From: Alloascoidea hylecoeti
Taxonomy: Eukaryota
DNA length: 64,000 bases
Reading direction: 5' to 3'
Assembly: GCA_001600815.1 (NCBI GenBank)
Contig: BCKZ01000004.1
Location: 186,001-250,000, forward strand
Shown here: one piece after another, positions 10,758 to 24,085 of the stretch
Layout of the letters: every line of letters begins with the position of its first letter
Numbering within the stretch: the stretch's first letter is position 1
The notes under the pieces: generated by a model
Databases searched by the model: none
Told to the model about the DNA's origin: nothing
The model's input: only the letters and a program-made list of their open reading frames with translations
Translations under genes and position numbers: made by a program

Positions 10758-13700
10758 ATGAACATCCCTATTTTGGACTTCTCGGACGCGTTCAATTCCT
10801 GCAATTCCAACAGCATTTCTCTGCCGTCTCCCGGTGATGCCCTCAGTGTCTCAAAACATTCCGTCGTCTGGTACAAAAATGGAATTCCAACCAGAACCTT
10901 CTCTTACCCCGATCGTGTCGTAATATCCGCAGCTCTCAGTTCGTTCCAGTCAAACGGTGTAACTTTGGGCATTTTCTTCCAAGACGGTGCTAATTTGTTC
11001 AACGGCAATGGAAGTTCTTATCCGGTATCATTCCCTTTTCAGGTTAAAAATGTTTTCGCGTTCCAAAATGGTTTTATTATTGAAAGATCTTCTCCTTCAA
11101 ATTCAATTCCTCAATTCTTCACGTTAGTTGATCCTATTTTAGATATTGGCTTGATTTCTTCTTCTTCAACTTCTTCTTTATCAGTAAATGAAGAAATGTT
11201 ATCTTTCAATTCAATTCCAAATTCTTCAATTTGTGTTACTTTTAATCCAATCGATTTGAAAGTTACTTTATATCATTCTCGTCTTTTATCTCCACTGCAA
11301 TCTCAATCTCAATCTCAATCTCAATCTCAATCTCAATCTCAAAGAGAATCCAATCAAAAACGTCGTTCAAGTGCTGGTCGTTCAACTTCAAAACGTTTAA
11401 CTTCACAAAGATATACTGGTGTATTTGAAGATCCAACTTCTCCAGATTCAACCTCATCATCAAATTCAAAAGAAAAAAGAAGATCAACTTCATTAATGGA
11501 TAGAATGATATCATTAGAATCAAATGATATTTCAAATCAATTACAATTACAATTAAATTCTCAATTAAATTTACAAAGTGATAATATTTTTGAATTTCAA
11601 CCAAATTTTTTAAGAAAAGATATAATATTAAATAAAATTGATTCAATTAAATTAAAAAATTTATCTTTTAATGATCAATCAATTAAATTAAAATCTTTTA
11701 ATTTAATTTTTAATGATCAAGAAGCAATTGTTTTATTAAATTACAAATCCAAAGAAATTATGATTTTATTATTTAAAATTTCAATTTCTTCAATAACAAC
11801 TTCAAATAACAATAATTCTATACCAATATTTCAAGATTCTTTTATAATATCTGGAATTGATGTTGTACCTATAAAACAAGATTCTAATTCAAATAATGTT
11901 TCATTATTATGTGTTTTAAAAGATAATAACGATGATGGAGGATGTAAAATGGTATTAATTAATCCTTTTTTAAATATTGTTACTCCTGATATTGATTTAT
12001 CTAATTTTTTACATATCAATGATAATGAATATGAAAATTTAAAAATTGAAAGATTATTAGATTCATCTGGCACACAAATTTTATTACAATTAAATAATCC
12101 TAATCATAGTCATAATAATAATGGAAGTGAAAATGAAAATGAAAATGATAATAAAAAATTATATTTACTAAAATTTATATTAAATCCAACAAATAAACAA
12201 GTTTTAAAATTAATTCGAGTTTTAAAGTATCAATTATCAACTTATTCAATTGAATTATTTAAATTACAATTTTCTTATTCATTATTAATTAATGATTTTA
12301 AAAATGATTGGGATTCATTTATAATTTCATTATTATTAATTTTATTACCATTAGATTTTGATTATAAATTTTTTATTAATTCATCAAATTTATATGATGA
12401 TAAATTTTCCAAAAATGAAGTTTTAAAAAATTTAAAAAATGTTTATTTATTAAAATCAATTTTCCCAAATGAACAGTATTTAAAAAAAAAAAATTCTGAT
12501 GAATTTACTTTACAAGATACAATTATTATATTATCATTACATTTAATTCGTGAAGATTTAAAATTAGATATAACATCAACAAATATTTATAAAAAATTAG
12601 GAAATTTTATATCACAATTTATTATATGGATGGGATGGAATTCAAAATGGATTGATTATTATGGAATTGATTTAACAAATAATGAAAATGATAATGAAAA
12701 TGATATTTATTTTGATTTAGAAACTAGAATGGTTAGAGCTGAATCAATTGAAGAACCACCAAATTTACAAGAATCAATTTATAATTTATTAAAACAACAT
12801 AATCCAAATGAAAATTATTCATCAAAAAAGAAACAAATTAAAAATAAAAATAAATCAAAAAATAATAATAAAATTAATCATAAATTTGAATTTAAAAAAA
12901 TTTCATTTATAACATTATCAACAATTTTACAAAATTCAACAATTGATAAATTATTAACTCCAAAAACTGATTTTTTAATACATTTATTTAATTTATTAAA
13001 TTTAGATTCAACAACAACAACAACATCATCATCATCATCATCATCATCATCTACAACTAAAGAAATTGATGGGAAATCTTCTTTATCAAATTTAATTCCA
13101 ATTAATAAAATAATTAAATTATTAAATCAATATGATTTAAATATAATTGATTTTGATTTATTACCAATTGGTTTATCAATAATAATCAAAGAAATTTTAA
13201 AATATTGTCAAGAAAATATAAATTTATTAAATAATAATAATAAAAATTTAAAAATAAATAATGGTAATGGTAATGATAATGATAATGAAAATGAAAATGA
13301 AAATGAAAAAATTTTAAAATTAATTGATAGAAAAGATTTATTAAATTCATATTCTTCATCAACAGAAACAAATTATTCATCATTAAATTCAACAACAACA
13401 ATAAATATAAATCGTGAATCAAAAGATGTTAAATCAATTTTAAATTCTTTAAATTTATCAACATTAGATTCAAATTTAAATTTTGCAGCATGGGATCAAT
13501 CATCATCAACAATTCGTACAAATTTAACAAAAATGATTTTTAATAAAGATAAAAGATTTTATGAAGTTACATCATTATTAAAAACTTCATCAATTCATCA
13601 TTGTTATATATCAAATTATAATATTGATGATGATAATGATGGTTATAATTCAATGTTACAACATAAAATTTTAGCAAATTTAACAATTAATAGAACTTTA

Positions 13701-16218
13701 GCAATTCCAATTGGTCGTGGTGCATTAAATTTATCATCAAAATTTCCATTAATTACTGAAAAATTCCCAATCCCCAAAATGAATTTAAATGTTTTAATTA
13801 AACCAACAAATAAAATAATTTCTCCTTTTAATGATAATGGTAATAAAAAAATTAATGATAATGAAATTATTTGGTCATTATTTCATAATGGTGTTGCATC
13901 AGGTTTAAGTATTTCAAAAAATTCAAAAGATATTAATGGTAGTTGGATTGTTTTTAATAAACCATTAACAAATTATTTATCATTTCAACATTCTGGTTTT
14001 TTATTAGGATTAGGATTAAATGGTTTATTAATTAATATCGAAGATTTTATATTATTTAATTATTTAAGATCAAAATTTACAACAACAACTGTTGCTTTAT
14101 TAATTGGTTTAGGTTCATCAAATTTAAAATCTTGTAATTCAAAATTAACAAAAATTTTTAGTGTTCATATTTTAGCATTACTACCAATTGATTCAAATGA
14201 TATTAATATAAATTTAGAAGTTCAACAAGCTGGTATAATTGGTCTTGGTTTATTATATTTAGAAACTCAAAATAGACAATTTTCAGTTATAATGTTTAAA
14301 GAATTATTTTCAACAAGAAAAAAATTAAATGAATTAGATTATTTTGATAATTTAAATAATAATGATAATGATAATAATAATCAAAATAATAATGATACAA
14401 ATAATTCTAGAAGCAATAATATTAATATTGATAATGAAACAAGAGCTTCACATTCTTCAAGAGGTGAAAGTTATTATTTATCATGTGGTATATCACTTGG
14501 TTTAATAAATTTAGCACAAGGTGATATTATAAGTCTTAGTGATTTTACAATTGTTGAAGATTTATTATTAATTGCAACAAGATCAAAAGATATTGAATCA
14601 TTAAATGGTTTAATTAAATCTATTCCTGGTTCAATAATTGCTTTGGGTTTTATTTATTTAAAAACAAATAATAAAAGAATTGCAAATCAATTAAATTTAC
14701 CAAATAGTAGAGAATTGATATCATATATTAGACCTGATTTATTATTATTAAGAATTTTATGTTATAATTTAATAATGTTTAATGAAATTAATAATGATAA
14801 AAAATTTATTGAATCACAAATACCAAATTTTTTAAAATTAAATAATAATAATAATATTGAAAATATTGAAAATTTGAATTCAAATCAAATTGCTTTATTT
14901 GAAATTATTGGTGGTTCTTGTTTTTCAATGGCAATTAAATATGCTTCATCAATTGATAATGTTGCAAGAGATACATTAATTTATTATTTTGATGAACTTG
15001 TTAGAATTATAACACCAAAATTTGATAATGATTTAAATCATGAAGAAAGATTAACATTAACAACAGCAATTTCAGTACTTCATTCAATTGCTTTATCATT
15101 AGGTATTGTAAAAGCAGGATTTGGAGACTTAGAAGTTTTTAAAAGATTAAGAATTTTATATGGTATGATTAATAAATTTTTTAATTATGGTCATTATTTA
15201 GCAACAAATATGTCAATGGGTTTATTATTTTTATCTGGTGGACAATATGCAATTTCAAATTCAAATTTATCAATTGCAAGTCTTGTTATTTCATGTTATC
15301 CAATTTTTCCAAATTCTGTTAATGATAATGATTCACATTTACAAGCATTAAGACATTTTTGGGCATTAGGCGTTGAAAATAGATGTATTAATATACAAGA
15401 AATAAAAAATTCTATGAAATCATCAAATTGTATATCAATACCAATTGAAATTGAATTTAATGAAAATCAAAACCAAATTAAAAATAATAAAAAAAATAAA
15501 AATAAAAATAAAGATGATAAAAAAATGATATTACAATCACCTTGTTTATTACCATCATTAAATTTAATTTCAAAAATTAGAACAAATGATAAAAATTATT
15601 TTAAAATTGAATTAGATTTAAATAAAAAAATTGATAATGATAAAATTTTAAATTTTAAAAAATCAATGACATTATTTATTTATTCAAAAAATGATTATAA
15701 AGGTTTAAAATATTCATTTGAAAAATTATTAGATAATATAAATATTAATTCATTAAAAGAAATTTCAGAAGAAAAAAATGAACGTGAAAATGAAAATGAA
15801 AAAATTCTTAATAATAATGGTTTTGATGATAATATTGATAATTTATTAAATTCAATATCAATTTTAAATGAACTTAAAGACTTAGAAAAATCATATGAAT
15901 TAAATGTGAATGTTCTTGGTAAGTGTTTCGTACAGCTTTTTATTTTATTAAAGTTTAAGACAAAATTCTAATCTTCTTTTTTTTTTTTTTTATAATATAG
16001 ATTCTCAGGGACAAGATAATTTAACCTCAACAATATTAGATACAGAATTATCATTAAAAAACCAAGCATTATATCCAACAACAATCGAACAACTATGGGA
16101 TTTAAAAATGTTATTTACATTTGCAGATAAAATGCTTAAAGATAAAACATTTACTTTATCAGTTTCATTTATTATACATATTAAATCATTATTGGAAGAA
16201 GCAATCAAGAATATTTAA
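10758..16218 (+). CDS. APC1: Anaphase-promoting complex subunit 1; predicted exons 10758..15918, 16001..16218
   Basis: PC-repeat region motifs FHNGVASGL, HSGFLLGLGLNG, IRPDLLLLR, HLQALRHFWAL. First plausible ATG is 10758 (MNIPILDF). An 82-nt intron 15919..16000 (GTAAGT...TTCTAAT...poly-T...TAG) gives an open last exon containing LWDLKMLF. Confidence 0.92.
11298..11342 (+). repeat. (CAATCT)n hexanucleotide repeat encoding (QS)n in APC1
   Basis: Read directly. Confidence 0.9.
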
Positions 16219-16415
16219 GTTTACAATCTAAACAAACTATTATTGTTCTCCACTTTTCATGTATTTAGATTTCTGATTTCTTGTTGTTTTAAAGTTTATA
16301 GCCGATACACCAATTTACAGATATAGCAATTTACTTTTAATATTCAGATTTTATTTGATTATATTTATATGTAACATATGAATAAAATGAAATAATACAA
16401 TTCATAATTTATAAT

Positions 16416-16799
16416 TTATAACTTTGATTTAGCAGCCTTTTCAGCAGCTTTTAAAACACCTTCAACGGCAGATGCTTTCATAACATTCCCTTTAACTTTT
16501 AATTTACCTCCCATAAATAATCTTTGAGCATTTGCTTTACCTTCAACCAAATTTTTAAAATTTTCATCAGTAATAATCAACGTGATATCTGCCTTTTCAG
16601 ATGGTAATCCTTTTCCAACAGTGCCAGATTTTTTTAAATCCAAATACCAATTTTCAGTCTTACTACCAGAAGATAATTGAAAAACAATAATGGCATTTGC
16701 TGATTTGATTGATTGATTTCGGACCTTATCATCTTTAAAAGCAATTTGAATAAGATCGAAGACTTGGGAGGATTTAAAACCGTCAACAGAAAGAGTCAT
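16416..16799 (-). CDS. Peroxisomal SCP2 sterol/lipid carrier protein (POX18/PXP-18-like)
   Basis: SCP2 motifs WYLDLKKSG and AQRLFMGGKLKVKGNVM; C-terminal PTS1 -SKL. Confidence 0.9.
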   Translation of the reverse strand: MTLSVDGFKSSQVFDLIQIAFKDDKVRNQSIKSANAIIVFQLSSGSKTENWYLDLKKSGTVGKGLPSEKADITLIITDENFKNLVEGKANAQRLFMGGKLKVKGNVMKASAVEGVLKAAEKAAKSKL

Positions 16800-16994
16800 T
16801 TTTGATTGATTATTTATAAATTGGATATGAGTATAAAAAGTGTAGATGACACAATAAAACAGGAATTTAATGGGACTTTATATATTTTGTAAAGGAACAT
16901 GTGAAAAACAACTATGCGGAGTATAACATCCGTACACACCCCATTTTTCCATTTACATAATTAAACATTTTTTAGTCGTACCTAATTCTTTTTT

Positions 16995-19241
16995 CTATAG
17001 AGCGCGTGTCTCACGCTTCAGCCATTGGTGGGCGTAAGACTGGTTTTTTAGTTTTTTAGAGTATGTTTCCCAAATACGGAAATGATAACTGTTGATCCAC
17101 TGCCGTTCTTTGGGGGTTATCATACTTAAATCTATCAATTTGCGGCAATATGGCACAAGTGTCAAAGTCTCAAAACGTAATTCATCTCCAATTGTAGCAT
17201 CTTCTTGACCTTTCTTTCTTTTTTTATTCACTTTTGGTATCACTGCCACCAAATTCTCAATTCTTATTCCAAATTTGCCTGGTAAATAGTATCCAGGCTC
17301 AACTGAAAGAATATTTCCTGGTTGTAATGGAATTCCTCCTGCTGATGGCCTACTTGTTATACCCATTGGTCCTTCGTGAACACTTAAAAATGATCCAACT
17401 CCGTGTCCAGTTCCGTGTTGATAATCCTTACCATCATTTAGTAAATACTCTCTTGCTAATGGATCTAACATCATACCGGTTGTTCCGCGCGGAAAAGACG
17501 CATGAGATAAGGCTAAATGGCCTTTTAATACCAAGGTATATGCTTTCTTTTCTTCATTCGTTGGTTCCCCAAAATGAAACGTTCTTGTAACGTCTGTAGT
17601 GCCGCATTTATATTGTCCTCCGGAATCATTCAAATAAATATCATCCACATTAATTATTGAACAATTTTCTTTTGTTGGTGCATAATGAATAATAGCTGCA
17701 TTTGGTCCAGTTGACGAAATGGTTTCGAAGGAATCACCAACATACTTTGCTTCAAAATCTTTACTTCTAAATTCATGTAATTTTTTTGATGCTGTTAATT
17801 CATCAATGATTTCACCTGCTATGATATGTTCTTCTAACCATGAATAGAAATGAATTAATGCATATCCATCACGTAAATGAGCTTTTCTTGATCCATTTAA
17901 TTCAACGTTATTTTTAATTGATTTGGAAATTTCAATTGGTGAATTATCAATTAATATATTGCATTTGATTTTTCCTAATGTTTTATTTTCTTCCAATGAT
18001 GTATTAATTGCCCATGATGATGATTTTGGTACAAGTATTGAAATATTTTTATTTTTTGATTTTTTTATGATTGTCGATAAATCTTTTAAATCATTCCAAA
18101 TTTCTTCATAATTTTTAATTTCAATATTATTTTTTTTAAGATAATTTTGACATAAATCAGTTGATACTTTTGATGGATTTATATATAATATAACCCTTGA
18201 ATTTGTTATTAAACAATAACTGAAAAAAACTGGATTATAATTAATATCATTTCCACGTAAATTTAAAAGCCATGCAATTTCATCTAATGATGATAAAACA
18301 ATTAAGTTTTCATTTTCTTTTTTAATATCATTATTATAATTATCAATTGATGTCTTATTCTTATTATTTATATTTATTAATTCTTCTCTTAAATTTTTTA
18401 GTTTATCTTTAAATGTTAAACCAGAATATTTAATATCATGTATTAAAACTTTATTATTTTCTCTAATTGGTTTATTTTCAAATTTAAACCAAATCAAATC
18501 AATTAAATTTTTTTCAATATTAATTAATTCAATTTTATAATTTTTATTTTCAATTTTTTTTAAATAATCATTAATTAATTTTTTAAAATTTAAAAATGAA
18601 CTAATTGAAATTAATTTACCATCAATTCCAATTTTACCAATTTTTTCATCATTAATATTACTTTTGATATCTATTAAAACTTGTTCAATTAACCAATTTT
18701 CCCATTTTGGATCTTCTGGGACTCCTTGTCTTAATAAACTCCAATTAAAATCTAATTCATTTTGTGCTTGTATGAAATATCTACCATCCGTACTTAATAC
18801 TGCTGCACCATCTTGTTCTTCATTAAAACCACCAAGATCTCGTGTTATTACTGCGACCCCTGAAGATCCTGAAAATCCAGATATAAAACATCTTCTTTGA
18901 TCAGCTAATGATGTATATTCCGATGCATGTTCATCTTCCGATGGAACAATATAAGCAGCTAAATCATAGTGCTTCATTACTTGTCTAAGTTCCTTTAACC
19001 TATTACTTGTATTTAAATCAGATGAATTGTCTGCTAAAATATCCTCAATATCTGGTGGTGATATATTTTTGTCTTGTGATTGTGTTAATGATGAATGTGC
19101 TATCCCACGTGCTTGTCTATTCAAAAGGCCAGGGGAGCAAGTACAATTAGCACAAGGACGAGATCTTATAAAATTCCTTCTTGTTTGTGATTCTACAGTA
19201 TATGTTAATGATGATATTTTATTTGTTATATTTGATGACAT
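16995..19241 (-). CDS. FRA1: Xaa-Pro aminopeptidase P family protein
   Basis: Motifs VPSEDEHASEY, TDGRYF, DSGGQY..GTTDVTRT, HGTGHGVG, EPGYY..FGIRIEN; N-terminal CANCTCSPGL typical of Fra1. Confidence 0.88.
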   Translation of the reverse strand: MSSNITNKISSLTYTVESQTRRNFIRSRPCANCTCSPGLLNRQARGIAHSSLTQSQDKNISPPDIEDILADNSSDLNTSNRLKELRQVMKHYDLAAYIVPSEDEHASEYTSLADQRRCFISGFSGSSGVAVITRDLGGFNEEQDGAAVLSTDGRYFIQAQNELDFNWSLLRQGVPEDPKWENWLIEQVLIDIKSNINDEKIGKIGIDGKLISISSFLNFKKLINDYLKKIENKNYKIELINIEKNLIDLIWFKFENKPIRENNKVLIHDIKYSGLTFKDKLKNLREELININNKNKTSIDNYNNDIKKENENLIVLSSLDEIAWLLNLRGNDINYNPVFFSYCLITNSRVILYINPSKVSTDLCQNYLKKNNIEIKNYEEIWNDLKDLSTIIKKSKNKNISILVPKSSSWAINTSLEENKTLGKIKCNILIDNSPIEISKSIKNNVELNGSRKAHLRDGYALIHFYSWLEEHIIAGEIIDELTASKKLHEFRSKDFEAKYVGDSFETISSTGPNAAIIHYAPTKENCSIINVDDIYLNDSGGQYKCGTTDVTRTFHFGEPTNEEKKAYTLVLKGHLALSHASFPRGTTGMMLDPLAREYLLNDGKDYQHGTGHGVGSFLSVHEGPMGITSRPSAGGIPLQPGNILSVEPGYYLPGKFGIRIENLVAVIPKVNKKRKKGQEDATIGDELRFETLTLVPYCRKLIDLSMITPKERQWINSYHFRIWETYSKKLKNQSYAHQWLKRETRAL

Positions 19242-19988
19242 TTTAAAATTATAATAATTTTTAAAGATAAATTTAGGTGCAAATGTATTGCACTTTAAAT
19301 TATATCGTTTAGAGAAACGATTTAATAATGATTTTGAGGACAGAATTTTGAAAATGTATTGTTATATAAAAAGAAGTTTGAATGTATTATTTCTCTACAT
19401 TGGATATTTATACTTTATGAATGTGATGTAATATACTCGCAGCACCGTATATTTCAGTATCAACGTTTTCAAATATTCATACTCTTTAGCATAATCAATA
19501 TTATCCCTCTATAATCTTCTGATTTTGCTCTTATTCTAAATATTAATTCTTGACCATGTTGGTCAATAAATAACTGTTCAATAATTTCTTGTCGATTATC
19601 TTCTTTTAACTTCAATAATTCTTATCTAAGAATATTTTTGAAAATTCTTCGGTTTCATCAATTGGGACATAATCCATTTATATTTCACTACAAAATGAAA
19701 AATATAATAGGCGGTATATTAAATAGCAATAATTATGATTTTAACGTTATAATTGGTGCTTTTTAGCCGTAATTTCCTAACGAAACTTTAGGGTTTCTAA
19801 TATCAATATAAATACTTGTTTTGTAAGATCATTATTACATACTTATATTGTTGATTTTCTTTTTGCGTCAACACCATATCTTCTTAGTATACTACAGCGG
19901 ATTTTGGTATAAGTTATACTCAGACTTATCAGCATCTACTCTTAATAAACCAACCGATTGTGATACGGAACTTAAGCATATAAACAGA

Positions 19989-20933
19989 ATGAATAATGTA
20001 CCGTTATATCACCCAAATAATGTAGTACTTATCCCTGACTTGCAACCACCTCAGGCGCTTCGAGACAGCTGGGTTAATGTCATTGGTATGCTTCAGAGAA
20101 GTTGTTACCCAAATGAAATGCCGGAACCTATACCTCAAATTCTTAATCATGACCTGATAGCGCTTAGACACTACAGATATATTGCACCGATTATAGCAGA
20201 TGTAGGTATTTATAATGCAATACTGGAGTTACAAGAAGCTTTCAGCAGACCACAAAATTATCTCCAATTTTCACAAATATTATATCCCCAAACAAGCCCA
20301 GATATTTACAAAGAAATAAAGACTCTGGATTTAATAAGAGAAAAGAAAAAGAGAACTGTAACTGATAACTTACAATTCGGATTACTCTTATGGTATTCAA
20401 CTGATGTCATTTATATTCTTTTTCATGAAGTAGAAGCTGCTCGCAAAAAATATGCATTTCGAATTCAATCAATGCTTGATGCTGATTCTTCTTCTAAACT
20501 TTGTATGGTCTTGAAACTGTTGTTGTGCATATCAGAAAATCCCGATTTGAAGATTGGTCTTTCGGAACTTTCTCTTATAGTGCTTTTGGCACCATTTATA
20601 TGTGTGATTTCCGAAGATGTATATCCAGACCCAGCTGGAAGGGAAATTATGTTTTTATGTTTAGAAATTATATGCTCCCTTTTAAAAGATATTGGAAGAA
20701 TACTAGCTGATAACACATCAATGAGGCTTGAAGCAACCTACAATCTTAAATACATCTGCAAAAGCTTAAAATTGTTGACTGATGAGGCCTCTGACACTCT
20801 TTTTCTAAGTGAAGAATTCAAAGACGGGTTGAACCGCTATCAGAATAAGGTGAAACCACATGCCCGGGTTCTCACAGATCACTGCAAAGCACTTGCAGCC
20901 GCACCGAGAAAATGGCCTACTACTAATTTATAG
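19989..20933 (+). CDS. Divergent Rcd1/Caf40 (CNOT9)-like armadillo protein
   Basis: LLLWYSTDVIYILFHEV, KLCMVLKLLLCISENPD, LIVLLAPFI and LCLEIICSLLK align by eye, in order, with Rcd1 blocks LLWHSFGTIAALLQEI, RVCNALALLQCVASHPE, IPLFLYPFL and LTSLGVIGALVK. First ATG is 19989. Confidence 0.65.
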   Translation: MNNVPLYHPNNVVLIPDLQPPQALRDSWVNVIGMLQRSCYPNEMPEPIPQILNHDLIALRHYRYIAPIIADVGIYNAILELQEAFSRPQNYLQFSQILYPQTSPDIYKEIKTLDLIREKKKRTVTDNLQFGLLLWYSTDVIYILFHEVEAARKKYAFRIQSMLDADSSSKLCMVLKLLLCISENPDLKIGLSELSLIVLLAPFICVISEDVYPDPAGREIMFLCLEIICSLLKDIGRILADNTSMRLEATYNLKYICKSLKLLTDEASDTLFLSEEFKDGLNRYQNKVKPHARVLTDHCKALAAAPRKWPTTNL

Positions 20934-22561
20934 CTGAAACTGTATCGTCTTTCTTTTTATATAAGTTCTTGAAATTAGAGCTATTTTTCCATTCATACTT
21001 GTCCATTAAAACTAATTTGCTATATGAAAAAAAATCAAAATGAAATCGTCCCCGCGGCTGTTCGAAAGGTTAACGGAGCGCCCAAAATTGTTACATCTCA
21101 ACCACGAATTGCAAATCTAGGAATAGATATGAATTATTAAAATAGTTTTATTAATTGTACTCAATTTTATAATTCTAATAATATATGTTCGATATTTGTT
21201 TTTGTAAATCTTCTACTACCATTTAATATTAGTAAGCGCACTAGATCTATTCTCCCGGCACGAATTTTCCTTTGTTTTCTCCCGAGAATTATATGTGATC
21301 AAGGCTATCCCTCTCCTAGAAATCTGAATTCCACCTCGAATAAATTTTAACGGATATGCGAGCATTTTGGTGGAAATATGAGCTAGTAAAGTTTCCTGCA
21401 TCTCATGAATCAGATCTCTCATATGTTTTCAATTTTTGCAACCACACTTCGAAAGTGTCTTTTAAAAATTTGTTGGATTTAAGTTGTTCACGTAAATTTT
21501 CATCTAAAATAAGTTTTTCCTCTATTTGTTTTGGTTAATTTTATCTTTTTTTTTGCATAACCAAACTTCTCCAAAATGTGATAAAATCATCTATCTCGGG
21601 ATTGAAAGGATGAATTTCAATTGTTCCAAATTCCGATCGAATACTTTTAGGGGTTGGAGATTCAGCGCTGGTATTCTGGTATATTGTAAAATCCTTATGC
21701 TGGTGGTTGATGTCACAAGCTTCTCGACATTGATTTTCACAATCTCTAAAGTGGACTGAAGCCGAAAACATCCAGATCTAGATCTAACAATTCGTTCACC
21801 TAACTAGTAAGCACATGAACTTGTTCTTTTGATCGTTCTAGTTCATTAGAGTCTATGTACATGTCATTTGAAATTGTAGTGATAATTTAGTAATTATTTT
21901 AAATATGGAACCTCTAGACTGTGTTTAAGGAACTGTTTCGACATTTGGTGTGTGATTCCTCCAGAATTTATAGATTTTCTCAAGTCTGAAAATACACTAC
22001 GATAATCGCCTTAATATGAATTATACACTAATCTTTTATAATAGAGGCAACATATGATATCAATATGACAGCTTCCAACTAACTGTGTCATGAAAACTGC
22101 GTTTTATATGGATCTACTCCTAGTGAGCTCAATACGCTAGAAAGCAAAGAAATCTTACACTACGAAAAAAAAAAATTAAATTAAATAAAGATTATTGGAA
22201 TATTGAGATTAAATAGATCTCAGTGATATTATTTTTAATGATATAAATTTGCTTCTGATTTTGCAATTCGTGGGTGCAACATAGCAATGTTGTGGCATCC
22301 CAGTATGCCAAATCTTTCAGGTTCTATTCCACATATAGTATAGCTGACATAGCGATATTTGTACATATTTATATTGTATACAAAGTAAATACGATGATTA
22401 TTAGCTCGATAGTTTTTGTTACTAGTATATTAATACATATAAATATTATATACACAAATAGAACTCAAAACATATATTTATACAGATATTCTTTGACTAA
22501 TCTTCTGAAACAATTATTTTATTGACAAATCATCAATTAAATACATTGAAATTAATATTGA

Positions 22562-24085
22562 TTATTGATAATGATGCAATATTGTCCTCCTTATAGCATT
22601 ATCAGTCCAGGCTTTTATAAACATCATTGTAACATTAACCCGAAGTATTTCTACTTGTGTTCTAAGACATGGAAATGCAGTATGAAATGCCCATAGTGTA
22701 CAGGACCAAATACTACTATAATGAAAAAAAAAATTGGCTATTAGATTCAAATAAATATTATGTTCTAAAAAGCACTTACACATTTCCACAAATTTCCAAT
22801 AAGCCTATAATTTGACGGGCATGCCGTACTTGATCATTAGTAGTTAAAGCACAATTTTCTTTAGTTAATCCAGGTTTTTTTTTATCCAATAAAATATGTG
22901 CAGTATGATAGCCCATAGTTGAGATATAACTTGTAATTCGGTCAAAAGTAAGCGAAAACCAAAAAAATCTAACTTCAGGACGATAACGGGTAAAAGTTGG
23001 TGGTGATATTGAATATGGTAACTTATCAGACCAATCATTTAATTTTTTAACTAATGATTTATATGTGTTACCATCTTTGTCCTCTTTATAATCCTCATAA
23101 GTTAAAACAGTTTGTTGATTGACGAAATTATTAACTAGTGCTAATAGATAGAAGACACGACAATAAAACCATGCTTTATAATATTTTCGAGGAGAAGTAG
23201 TATCTACTTCAGCTATCACACCCCATCTATTGATATGAAAATTATTAGTCAAAACGTTTCAAATTCAACTTTGGTATACTATACTTACTCGCTTGGATCC
23301 CACAGTGTTGGAGACTTGTGCAATATAGAATAAAATAAATCCGTAAAGACCACTAGCCAGAAACAACTCCTTGTTATTACAGAATCAAAAGGAGCACTAG
23401 GCTGACTACTATTGGCATCCACTTTATAAGTGTTCATAATTTCACGAAGAAGAGCTATAGAACTGGAACTGTGTTTGGTAGATTCCGTAAAAGTTTCGAA
23501 CTGACTTAAAAGAACAGAAACAATTAGACATTTATAAAGACATTTATCTTTAGATTCAAATTCTTTCTGTAACATTTTGAGAGTTCTGTAATAGTAGCGC
23601 ATTGGCAAATCGGCAGGATAGCGAAAGTCGATTTTGTGGGCATGTACTGCACCACAGCAGCATATCGCGGATAATAAGATACCTGATTTATCCATTATGG
23701 CCAATTTTGGGACGACTTCTTGAAAGAAACTTAAAGAGAAAGGGAAATCTAACCAATTGGCAAAAAATTCAGTATAAACATTCATGAGGTTCTCTTCAAG
23801 TGGATTCATTGTTTGAAGTTCACTGGTGGTCCCTGCAGATGTTTTGAACAATATTTCGGCAGACTCATCCAAAGCCTCCTCAAAACTATACTGCTGCACT
23901 ATATCTTCTGGGTCAGGTTTTGGCAAGGTTAGGTGATAATCAGCGAAAGCAGCCTTGACCTGGGCAACAGTTGGAAAGTTCAAGACGGGGTAGCCTACTG
24001 CAGCAGGTTCGCCTGGAGGGGGGGTGACTTGGTGGAATTCCTCGTATTTGGACTCAAAATACGCATACATATACTTAAACCCCAT
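22562..24085 (-). CDS. Fungal TF-associated (middle-homology-type) domain protein without Zn cluster, copy A; exons complement(23289..24085, 22780..23226, 22562..22715)
   Basis: Three ORF-track pieces are joined in frame by GTAAGT..TAG introns 23227..23288 and 22716..22779. Motifs FANWLDFPF..FFQEVVPKLA, LLSAICCCGAVH, SCFWLVVFTDL, YHTAHILL. Confidence 0.75.

Noticed and set aside
16917..16932. Oleate response element upstream of SCP2 (CGG-N10-CCG)
   Set aside because: Spacing is shorter than the CGG-N3-TNA-N9-12-CCG consensus; not supportable.
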